Assembly (NCBI RefSeq): GCF_001194135.2
Contig: NC_069003.1
Coordinates: 7,497,147-7,561,146, forward strand
Length of the DNA stretch: 64,000 nt
Direction of reading: 5' to 3'
From: Octopus bimaculoides
Taxonomy: Eukaryota
Position 1 is the first letter of the stretch. Every line of letters begins with the position of its first letter. Positions 28,151 to 38,830 of this stretch are shown in pieces. A program made the translations under genes and the position numbers. The notes below the pieces were generated by a model. The model was not told the DNA's origin and made no database searches. It worked only from the letters and a program-made list of their open reading frames with translations.

Positions 28151-28496
28151 CTGTAAACAGAAACTTTTATTTTTTATTTTTTAGCTTTTACTTGTTTCAC
28201 TCATTAGACTGTGGCCATGCTGGAGCACTGCCTTGAGGAATTTTAGTCAAATGAATTAACCCCGCGACTTATTCCGTTTTTAAAACCTGGTACTTATTCT
28301 GTTGGATTCTTCGTCTGAACGTCCAAGTTACAGGGATGTAAACAAACCAACACCAGTTGTCAAGTGGTAGTTGAGGGACAAACACAGACACAAAGACACA
28401 TGTAGATATCACTCTCTCTCTTCCTCTGTATATATATATGGTTTCCTGGTATTAAATTGATATTAATTAATATCAAATTTTTTACCCTATTATGTT

Positions 28497-28532
<36 letters not shown>

Positions 28533-28555
28533 GTGTGCATGTGTGTATATGTATG

Positions 28556-28591
<36 letters not shown>

Positions 28592-29054
28592 ACAGTCTTC
28601 TTTCGGTTTCTGTTTATCAAATCCACTCACAAGGCTTTGGTTGATCCGGGAAGGCACTTGCCTAAGGTGTCACGCAGTGGGACTGAACCTAGAACCGTGT
28701 GGTGACGAAGCAACTTCTTGCCACGCAGCCACTCCTGTGGTGTTTCTTCCAGTTTCTGTCTTCCAAATCCACTCAACGCTTTCGTCAGCCCAAGGCTACA
28801 GGTGGAAGATACTTGCCCAAGGTGCCATGCAATGGCGACATTGTTGAGAAGCAAACGTCTTAATTACACATCCACACTTATAATGGTAACTTTTGTGAAA
28901 ATAATTAAAAATATAATTTAATTAATGAATCAGAAGAAACGTTGACAATATTACAAATAATGATCTCTCTTCCCCACCCCACCAAGAAAACCTCCAAAAA
29001 TCAATCAGGGATAATGAAAAAATCAATAAAGCCAATTTTTGACAATCCATTTAC

Positions 29055-29266
29055 CTTGGTCTGCCATTAAGGCAGCTTCCAGACCAAAACGAGCTGATTT
29101 TCCTGTATGCAACGGTTTGCATTGAGTGCCAGCATTTGCCATTGGTGCACCAGCAAAGGAGGCTGCAATGGCGAGTGCATGTTTAGTTTTCAATGGTCCC
29201 AGCTGGAGCAAACGTGCTGTGGCAGCAGCTGCTCCCATCACCCCAACCACAGCCGGTGGATGGAAC
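29055..29266 (-). CDS. ACOD1: ACOD1 coding exon 2
   Basis: Acceptor tttcatttcag|G (phase 2) gives R-FHPPAVVGVMGAAAATARLL...GAPMANAGTQCKPLHTGKSARFGLEAALMADQG. Donor G|gtaaat (phase 1). Confidence 0.93.
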
Positions 29267-29797
29267 CTGAAATGAAAGAAAATATTCCACATTGACAACT
29301 ACATCTGAGAATATCCACAGCCAACGAGAATTTCTTTCAGGATTCTCTCCCTTGCTTTCTTGACAAGAATTGTAATTAAGTTATTAACACTAATGATTTG
29401 ACACCAATGCGGCTGCACCTAATTTAGTCTTTTATTCTTTTACTTGTTTCAGTCATTTGACTGCAGCCATGCTGGAGCACCACCTTGAAAGGTTTTAGTC
29501 AAACACATTGACCCCCCCAGGATTTATTCTTTGTAAGCCTAGTACTTATTCTATCAGTCTCTTTTGCCGAACTGCTAAGTCACAGGGATGTAAACACACC
29601 AACACCAGTTGTCAAACAGTGATGGGGGGACAAACAGACACAAAGACACATAAACACACATATTATTTATATGTATCTATTATATATCAATATCTTATAG
29701 ATGGTCTGCTCAGTTAGAGCTGCTCTGTGGCAAACAACAAATTGAAAACAAAACAACAAAAACAGAAAGAAAGAAAAAGCAGAAAATTACGACTCAC

Positions 29798-30300
29798 CTT
29801 TCAGGAATATTCTTAGACTTTGCTGAACTGTGAAGAAGAAGACCTTGCGTTTGAATTCCAACATTGTAGGCAACCAAAAGCTCCTCTGAAGTCGGGCAAT
29901 AAGAACCAGTCATATAATCAGACAGTGACAAAACAGCAGGTAAAACCGGACCACTTGGATGAGTGGCTGGGTGCCAGGTGTCGTCAAAGTCCATTGAATG
30001 GATGCTGATTCCATTGAGGTAAGTTGCAAGACCAATAGGAGCTCTTTTGTTAGAACTACCCCATATCACCACGTTCTTTGTATTTTGCGTGCCTCTTTTG
30101 TGTTCTTCAAAGTATCCAAGATTTTCAGCCCACGACATCACACTTCTTGTTGTTTCGCTGTTGAAGCCAAGAATACCAACACCCAAAGTGTCCAAGAGCA
30201 TTCTTTTGCTTCTGGTTTGTACTACTTCTGACAAATCACTTAGTTTTGCATTGCTGATGAGTTCTGCAAACAGTGAGGTAACACTTTGTGGTCGTATCAT
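29798..30300 (-). CDS. ACOD1: Cis-aconitate decarboxylase (IRG1/ACOD1, MmgE/PrpD family), first confidently placed coding exon
   Basis: Translates MIRPQSVTSLFAELISNAKLSDLSEVVQTRSKRMLLDTLGVGILG...HSMDFDDTWHPATHPSGPVLPAVL...KNIPER. RSKRMxLDTLG and SMDFDDTWHPATHPSG match vertebrate ACOD1. Donor AG|gtgagt at 29798/29797 (phase 2). ATG at 30300 aligns with the vertebrate start region; an upstream exon is possible. Confidence 0.93.
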
Positions 30301-31559
30301 CGATGGAGAAGATTCTGCAATGAAGAATATCAATGAAGTTAAAGAACAACGGAATGCTATTAAAATGAGGCATAGCTGGGTGGGGGGGGGGTAGAAGGTT
30401 TGTTTTCCAGCTACATGGTTTTAGGTATATTGAGTTTTACTTACGATGAGCACATTCAGAATAATTTTCCAAATTTAATTTCGACTGCAAACTAGGATTC
30501 TTTGATTGGTGTTTTGTTTGGAATAACATTCGTACCTTCCACTTGTTTCTCGGCACCTACAGGTAAGGATGAATCAAAGCAGAATTGGCATATAATTTCC
30601 ATGTTATTATTCAATGGGAAAAATCTATTTTCATAAATATGACGATCCAGTCAATTATTCTATTTCTAGCTATAAACCTGACGTCGAATTTGTTGCTGAT
30701 GTAATCATGATTGGGAAGGAGGAGGAGGATGACGATGATGATAATGACAATGACAATGTTGATGATGAAGACGATGTTGATGACGATGATGATGACGACA
30801 ACAACAACAACAATGACGACCTAGATGATAAAGATGATGATGCGGATGATGATGATGATGATGATAATGATGATGATGATAATGGCGACGACGACGATGA
30901 TGACGTTGATAATAATGATTATGATAATGATGATGATGATGGCGACGACAATGATGATGATAATGATGTTCATGGTGATGATACTATATTTTGAATGAAG
31001 AACTTGTAGTGAATAAATCCTTATATGTCTTATGCTCTCTCTCTCTCTCTCTGGATCTTTTTGGTTTGACGGGCAACATTTTTCATTTATGTTTTATGTA
31101 GTGTTTTTGGTACCGAAACACTTTCAAACTTCGTATACTTGTATATTTTGTGTTATAGAACACATAAAAATTTTGATCTTTTGGAAGTTAACACTTTCCT
31201 GTTTCAAAAGTTGATGGACAATTTCATATACGTAGGGAGAATAACGTTTATTTTAAGTTTAAAAAAAAACATCACCTCCAAGTGAAGAAATCTAACACCA
31301 CTTTTGATCCAAATCATGCAAAATTCATGTTCATAATGCCTACTCAAGTTTTTACCAAACTTGGTGTGCTGAAGTAATGCAATGCAGAAGCAGTATCTCT
31401 CAAATTTCAGCTTTCAAGTTTAAGTAGTTTAGGAGTTATAGAGTTTTTAATTTGTTACCACTTAGGCCCTACTTTAGGAAATATCCTTTTCCTCTCCTTT
31501 TTATTTCTGTGGTGCAAAAATCTTTGACTATATTAACTGTTTTTCAGAATAGTAGGCTT

Positions 31560-31930
31560 ATTCAACTAGAGTATCTAAAATAATGTCTCGTAACAGAAGT
31601 GCTTGTGTCACTCAAAGAAACAAAAAATCTGGACGAAGAATCTCGTGCAATTTCAAGACTCGCTAAGAAAAAGAAGACCTGTTCCTCTCGAAAAGTATTC
31701 TTTGGAAAACAACAGCAAGATACCAATGAAACTTCAAATTGTCGGTCGTTATCTGTTCCTTGGAGGTACCATCAAAGGAAGGACAGAAAGAAGAAAGGAA
31801 ATTTCGAAAGAGATAGCTTTTTTATGGCAAAAGAAATTAAATTTCCCATATTTATCAATTCAAAATGTACAAGCAAAAGTAGAAACAATGCTGAATATCT
31901 GCGTAGCTTTCATTATCCAGACAGTTGATG
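31560..31930 (+). mobile_element. Possible DNA-transposase N-terminal fragment
   Basis: SKEIAFLWQKKLNFPYLSIQNVQAKV resembles N-termini of invertebrate DNA-transposon proteins; family not assigned. Confidence 0.3.
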
Positions 31931-31989
31931 CTTTCATGTGGATTCAAAATTGCTGTAATAGTAATTTCGGTAGCTTTAGTATTATTTTC

Positions 31990-34200
31990 TTGTTCGGCTT
32001 CAGTATGTATTTATGAATAAAACCCTCTTCTTTGGCTTTTCGAAAATGTTCGTTTTCTATCTGTATTTTAAAAAATGGGAACAGTTTGAATTTTCTTTTG
32101 CCACATTTTTCAAAATATTCACTATATACTGCGTTTCTAAGGACGGGATCATGAATTTGTTCGGGTGTACTCTTATTCTCTCATATAATCCAATACCCGT
32201 TTCTTCAATGTAGTCGTCTTTGCATTCTGGGCACGTGGCTCAGTAAATCAGGTTTCTGGATTTGCATTACATATTTGCATTGATTTAAAAAATATTCTTG
32301 CTTTTAAGGGTGATTTCTTCTTTTTCTTCATGTTTCGCAATGAGGGCCACCACATTTTAAAACTCTCTTTGTTGCTTCTTTTGTTGTAAATCTTGCTTCA
32401 GTTTTTAGGTTAGGTATCTAGCGTTTGTTATATATCATTTCTGATTCTGTCATTAGTTTTTTCATTGTCGAGGATTGTTGAACAATTGGGAGATATCATT
32501 AAGCAATATTGACAATGTCGTGGTTTTGGGGGTTGCGGATGATGACAAAGGGAATATTTATGAGTTCATTTCTATGTTTATGTGTTCGTTTTCTTCTGAG
32601 TTCTGTAGTTGGAATGTTTTTCACTTTGATAATGGCCAAGTTAATAAGTCTAGTAGGGCATTGTCGTTCTTCTAGAAATATTTTCTATTCTTGCAATCTT
32701 TTATCCCTTAATGTCGCGTCTATTATTATACTATAGTGCAAACTCGCTTTGTCATATTAAATGGTATCTTCTTTTTGTATGTGAGGGATGGTAGGAATGA
32801 AAATTCAAATATTGTGTCCGTTGGTTTATAGATAAGATGTTTTAATATTGGCATCCTCTTTAATAAGAAGTATGTCCCAAAATTATAGTTTCTTCGTGTG
32901 CCATTCTATAGTAAATTTTATTGAGGCATATAAGTTATTCAAAAACGAGCAAAATATTTCTAGGTCTTCTTGATTTATGTCCCAAAATAGAAAGCAGTCA
33001 TCTAAATATCGTTTCCGATTGTTTTTTTATGTAAATGGAGAATTGTTGGTTAAATGTTTCTGGTAGTTGGAAACGGAGTTTGTCCTCTAAGAAACCCATT
33101 GCGAGTGATGCATCAGTAGGGGCTACTTTTTCCCCATCGCTGTTTCTTTTATTTGTAAATAAAAATTATTGACAAAGAACAAGTGGTTGTTTTTAAGTAT
33201 TAATTTCAATGCTTCTTAAATAAATCATTTTGAGAATCTTTCCTTGATGTGGTTTGGGTGTTTTGCTAACCAGAAATTCACAGTTTCAATTCCATGGTCA
33301 TGCAGAATATTGGTATATAAACTCGTTACATCAAAACTAGTAAGAATTGTCTTCTAATGTACTTTCAGATATGTAAGTTAAAAAGTTTATATCAACCCGG
33401 ACAGAGCTTGGCACCGTTTTTGCATAAAGGTTCTAAAATTATGTCTATTAGGTTGCTTAGGCGTTGTGAACTCGATATTGATTCTGCAATGATTGGGCGT
33501 ACTTCCAAGTCTGTAGGTTTTGGAATCTAGACATATCTTGTATTATTTCCTTTTACGTTGTCTTGAATTTATTTCGATTTATGGGTTTTAGATAGTCCAT
33601 AGAAGTTACTGGTCTTTACTTCGAAGCTAGTTAAATAATTGATCTAATTCTCTAATTGGCTATTTCAATGTTTTGAGACGAGTTTGTTTACTTTGTTTAT
33701 CTTCGTTTTTATTTATCGTTTTGCAGAAGCGTTGGTCATTAAATTATTTCAAAACCATGTCTCTGTAATGTTTTTTGTCCATAATTACGATCGCTCCGCA
33801 CTTGTCATCTTCTTTGATAATTATCGATGAGTGTTTTTGTAAACTGTTTAATGCTTGTAATTGGTTTTTAGATACATTAAATTTACATTTCCTCTCTGTA
33901 ATATTGGGTTGTGCCGATCATCGGAGGCAGATTATGTATTCTTCCAAGAGCTTGTCTCTGCTAAAGAGTTGTTTGAATCCCATTTTGTTTTTAACTAGAG
34001 AATCATCCATATATCCAGTATTTAGGAAGAATTCTCTTAATTGTAGTTTTCTGTCATTTACAAGTTCAGCTTGGTTGGGTTTTGGAGTAGGTTTAAATTT
34101 TAATCCATTTTCCAATGCTGGATGTATTGGCTCGCTGAAGAACGACGGTACCTGGTTTAAGAGACTGCCATTTATCTTCAGAAGATAAGTTTAATGGAAT
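31990..34200 (-). mobile_element. Degenerate Penelope-like retroelement (RT + GIY-YIG endonuclease)
   Basis: Frameshifted or stop-interrupted peptides in order: GLKFKPTPKPN...LQLREFF (N-terminal region), KVAPTDASLAMGFLE and RYLDDCFLFW (Penelope-type RT), then a GIY-YIG-like tail ending ...FKLFPFFK...RKAKEEGFIHKYILKPNKK. Confidence 0.82.
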
Positions 34201-34308
34201 TGTTCCAAAGCCTTGATGCGACGACGATATGCAGTCCAAGTGTCAGAGAAATATAAAAGAGTAGTTAAGATACATACATACATACATACATACATACATA
34301 CATACGTA

Positions 34309-34526
34309 CGAGGTGTTGCTGAAAAGTTCCGAGCTTTAAGGGTCTCGCGAAAGGCCTGGCTGGAGACCCAACCTTCTGATTTCTTTTATAGAGTTTAGAA
34401 AAAACTGAAGGACCGCTGCAATAAGTGTGTGAATCTGAGAGGGGAATATGTTGAATAAACTCATAATTAACTGATCCGCCTATTTTTTCTTTTATCCGAA
34501 GCCAGGAACTTTTCAGCAACCCCTTG
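34309..34526 (+). mobile_element. Mariner-derived MITE
   Basis: TIRs cgaggtgttgctgaaaagttcc / ggaacttttcagcaaccccttg with TA on both sides. Internal LKDRCNKCVNLRGEYVE is a mariner C-terminus. Confidence 0.8.
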
Positions 34527-35325
34527 TACGTACGTACATACATACATACATGCATACATACATACATACGTACATACATGCGTGCGTACATACATACATA
34601 TATACGTGCGTGCGTGCGTGCGTGCATGTGTGTGTATCTTTGTCTCCGACCACCGCTTGACAACCGGTGTTTGTTTGTTTGTTTGCGTCTACATAACGTA
34701 GCCGTTGGGCGAAAGAGACCCATAGAATAATGACCAGACTTGAAATAAAAACAAACAAGCAAATAAAATCAGTGCTAGGGTCGATTTGTTCGACAAAATT
34801 CTTCAGAGCAGTGCTCCAGCATGGCTGCAAGTCAATGACTAAAACGTGGTAACAGATAAAAAGATGCTGGCAAATCAGTTTTTGAATCAGGTACTTTTAC
34901 TTTATCAAACCAACCTTAAATTCCAGGCCATAACTTCTAAGCAAAATGGTTTGTCCGCATTACACAAAGGGCCGATTTCCCGGTTTCTCTAACGTATGTA
35001 TTTCTCCCTGGACAAGGCGCCCGTCCGTTGCAGGATTATTCACTTTTGCCAGCTGAGTGGACTGGAACAACGTGAAATGAAGCGTTTTGTTTAAAGAACA
35101 CAACGCACCGCTCGGTCCAGGAATCGAAACCGCAATCTTATGATCATGAGTTCAACACCCTAATCAATAAACCACGCGCTTCCATATCCTATGCAAGACG
35201 CCAATACAAATTTGAGTTAATTTAGGGGAAAATAAAATAAAACAAAGGAAAGACGGCAAGTAGGACAGAAACAAGCGAAAACTATGCCCCATTGTATGAA
35301 ATGTCTGCGAAAAATGCTCACTTAC

Positions 35326-35349
35326 CTTAGCTAATGAGAAGAAATTCAT
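35326..35349 (-). CDS. Candidate short upstream ACOD1 exon (MNFFSLAK)
   Basis: ATGAATTTCTTCTCATTAGCTAAG|gtaagt: an ATG followed by a strong donor about 5 kb upstream. It is phase 0, while the acceptor at 30314 needs phase 1, so it is unresolved. Confidence 0.35.
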
Positions 35350-35651
35350 AGTGCTTCGCTTCTGTTTTGGCTAAGCAAACTGTTGAACGCTGTTCAGTGA
35401 AATGTTCTGGAATATAATTGAAATGATACTCAGGCGATGTTTCCATTTATCAAACGCAAATATAGATATTTGCTTTCCGGTATCAACCTTAGTCACAGCA
35501 TCAGTTTTTCTTTTAATTTTATGTCAGCAAATATTTTGACTTCTTATATAGTTGAGACAAGGATGTAAAATTTTCCGGTTGCATACGGTAAATTCACCAA
35601 TGTGTCATTCTTTCTTCTGTTTATTTTTCGTATAAAATATATATGTACATG

Positions 35652-36055
35652 AAATAATAGGAAGTGCCTGGAATCAAGAACAAGCGGTACTTGAGTGCAA
35701 AAATCGACAATGTCGCACAAGCCATATGGAGAAAAGAAAAAAACTAAAAAAAAACAAAACTAAAAAAACGAGTGGTCGTTAACCATTAGTGCGCGTTACG
35801 AGGGAGTGCTTCGTTATATTTTCGTTACATTTTATCCAACTAGAAACTACTAAGTTAAGCATCCATCCGATAAATAGAAAGAGTTTGGAGCCAGGAACGA
35901 GTGATATTTGAGAGTAAAAATCGACAATTTCGCACAGACCAGAAGGAGACATAAAAAAAGAAGAAAAAATACGAGCGGACGTTGTATTACGAAGGAATGC
36001 TTCGTTATATTTTGTGACATTTTAGCCAACTTGAAATTATTTAATTAAGATTCCA
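35652..36055. repeat. Diverged tandem duplication (~200-bp units)
   Basis: aaaaatcgacaat(g/t)tcgcaca and tgcttcgttatattt...acatttta(t/g)ccaact(a/t)gaaa each occur twice in register. Confidence 0.8.
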
Positions 36056-38459
36056 ACAAATATTTCAAAGGCACTAAAACTTTGTTTTATACGCCATAAT
36101 AATCTAAACAGAAGAAATCAATTACACTGTGTAACAAAATTTTTATTTTATTTTACTTATTTATTTATCTATTTATTTGTCTTTGGCTGACAATATGTAC
36201 ATCTCTGATCAGGAGCAGGAGTATTGGGGGAACATCGTAGCCATTTGTTGAGTGAGATTCTTTGGGGTTTGAATAAATATAACAAAAGTAAAGTTTGAAG
36301 GGAATATGAACCATTTTTCATACTTTCTAGGGGTAAGCAAATAGGGAACAACAGTTGCGACCCAAGGACAAAGACTGTGTTAAGCAGTGTCATGGATAGT
36401 GGCGGAAATTGTCAAATAAAATTTTGTTTCTAATGTTCGTAAGGTATTTAGTTTAGAATATTCATAGGGTGTGGTGTGTTACCAAATTCGGGATTTTATG
36501 TGCGTCTTAGAACTTTCGTTATACTAATATCAGAAGCTTATTCTGAAAGGAAGCGACCAAGTTGATGAAGATACTCGCCAAGCTTTGTGGCCGATCTAAA
36601 CCAAGAGAAGAGCAGCAATTGTTTCTCAACCTGGGATTTATCAGACCTTGGCTAAATCACTAAATGGCATCTATATGTAAGCCAGTGTTCATCATAATAG
36701 TACTTAATTTCTTTTATGGTGCTCAAATTCGAAATTATATCTAAGTTTATCTCTGATAAATGAAGTGCGGTTATATGTAATGCACATCTTAGCTGCTTTC
36801 TCATGCGCGAGAGTCACTGAAATGAATCATTGTTGATGCAAGGTGAGGTCTTTGTATGACTCTTGAGTCCGGCGAAAGATTTGCACATTCTATTGCATAA
36901 TGCACAGCTGAACTGGCTGGGAGAAGGCACAGGTGCCACAATATGAACTCTTTTTTAAAATTACATCGACCCTTCCCCCCAGTGAGTAACTGGCATTTAT
37001 TTAATCGATCCCCGAATTTGCTGGCCTTGTGCAAAAACTTGAAACTGTTATATAAATAAATATTTACATATGTGTGTGTTGTATATATTACATATATATG
37101 TATTATATAGAAAACAATTATCAATATATCTATTAATAAAACAATACAAAAAGTATAAAAATTTATTGGAATTCAATCATTCTAATTGTATGGAACTTTA
37201 AAAATTACGCTATATTTACACTTATTTTTTTACTATTTTTATAAATTATTTTGAACTTCATTTTACAACACACCAATAACAATATTGTTTCTTTTCGCTT
37301 GAGTGCGGCTTTTGCCTTTCTTTGCTGAATATGCGCGCATCCATGCGAGTAACTATCACTCAAATGCTATATTGACCATTTAATCAAATAATGTACACCA
37401 TTTTTAAGCGTGTGTTTTAAGAATTTCATTATGAAATTATAACGATTAATTTCTTCAATTTGAAAAATAAAGTCGATTTCATGTTGCAAACATTGGGCTC
37501 ACATATTTTTCTTTTGTGTGTTAGGCATTAAATATGTAATATATATACGTGTGTATGCGCACAAGCGCACAACTTAGAGAAAACATTGATGATATCATCA
37601 AAATTTGTGTTTCCTCACCTTCGACGTTAGGCAAAGTTCTTACCTTTTCAAGCCTTTAGCTCCCTGTGGATCATTGGCTATCGAAGACTTGTTCTTGACC
37701 CTGGACTGTCTTTTCTCTCGCCTCTCTCCAGCTGGGTCCCTGCATTTTGAGAGCTCTATCTCAGTACTGTTCCCCCAGTTATTTTTAGAGCGTCCTTTCT
37801 TGCGCCTCTTTTGTAAGCTCCGGGTTAGGGCTTTATGCGTCACATGTTTCACCGAGGTAAGGCCTTCCTTCACCAAGCCTTGTTTATTTTGAATTATCAT
37901 TGTTACTTCTGTAATTTCTTTTTCTGCGTAGGGGTGTTGGTCCTGTGCAAACCCAGTTTTACCTTTGTGAAAAGACGATTCATATTAGTCTGGCCTTTCT
38001 CTTTTGACCTATCCAGCATGAAAGGCTTTACGAGTAGCTTGCCCTCCGCTGGTATGGCTCTTAAGGTCAGTGAAGATCACAAGCAACCAGCGCTGGATTA
38101 ACCATCGAGCAAAATAATCACATGCTTAGGGCATCAAGAGAAGGGGTGCTCCACAAAAATGGTAAATGGTTTATAACACAAAAGAAATCACTTTCAACTT
38201 GGTAAAATAATATTCGGGATGCCTTATCTCTACTAAGTATAGAAGCAGATGTGTTACATCGTATGACATGATCTGAGCAACAATTAAGCAAGCGCTCTCT
38301 GATTTATTATCGTTTATATTTTGAATTACATATATATATGAGGGGCGGTCACAAAAATCTTTTAAGTGCTAAGAATCTCTATGGGTCTTAATCCGGCCCT
38401 GCGAGCCACCACACCGCAATAAGAGATGGACCTCGCGATGGTAGGTGAGGTTAGTTAAA

Positions 38460-38830
38460 GCCGATATTAATTCTTGGTTCATTGAAGCGCTCAAATAATA
38501 AGATCTGCTTCAAATTGCCGAAAGTTTACCAACGCCTTGCAATCGAAATTTCAATAGTGTGCATTATCGGAATATTTCCTTACAAATTCGGAAAGAGAGA
38601 AAAATAAAAAATTCTATTTCCATCTCCATACTGAAGAATAAACTTGAGATGTTCCTCAGTCTTAGAAATCTGAATGTTTTGGCGACTTTTCAGAAGCATC
38701 TTCTTATAATCCAGAATCTCTTCATAAAACTCAAACCTGTCTACATCAATACTATAAAAGCCGTCGAAAGTTGAAAGCACTTCTCTTTAAAAATTATTTG
38801 CGTTCTGAATGCCGTCACTTTTATTTGAGT
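38460..38830 (-). mobile_element. hAT transposase C-terminal dimerisation-domain remnant
   Basis: EEILDYKKMLL...LKFILQYG...FPNL, followed by a degenerate SIA(S)xERSFSxLKxI-like segment. Confidence 0.65.

Noticed and set aside
26568-30300. Bacterial prpD contamination or recent horizontal transfer
   Set aside because: Spliceosomal introns filled with host SINEs, and ACOD1-specific motifs.
38343-38400. hAT-like terminal repeat (taatccggccctg) as the end of the adjacent hAT remnant
   Set aside because: Its orientation closes an element lying to the left, not the transposase fragment on the right; no partner TIR was found.
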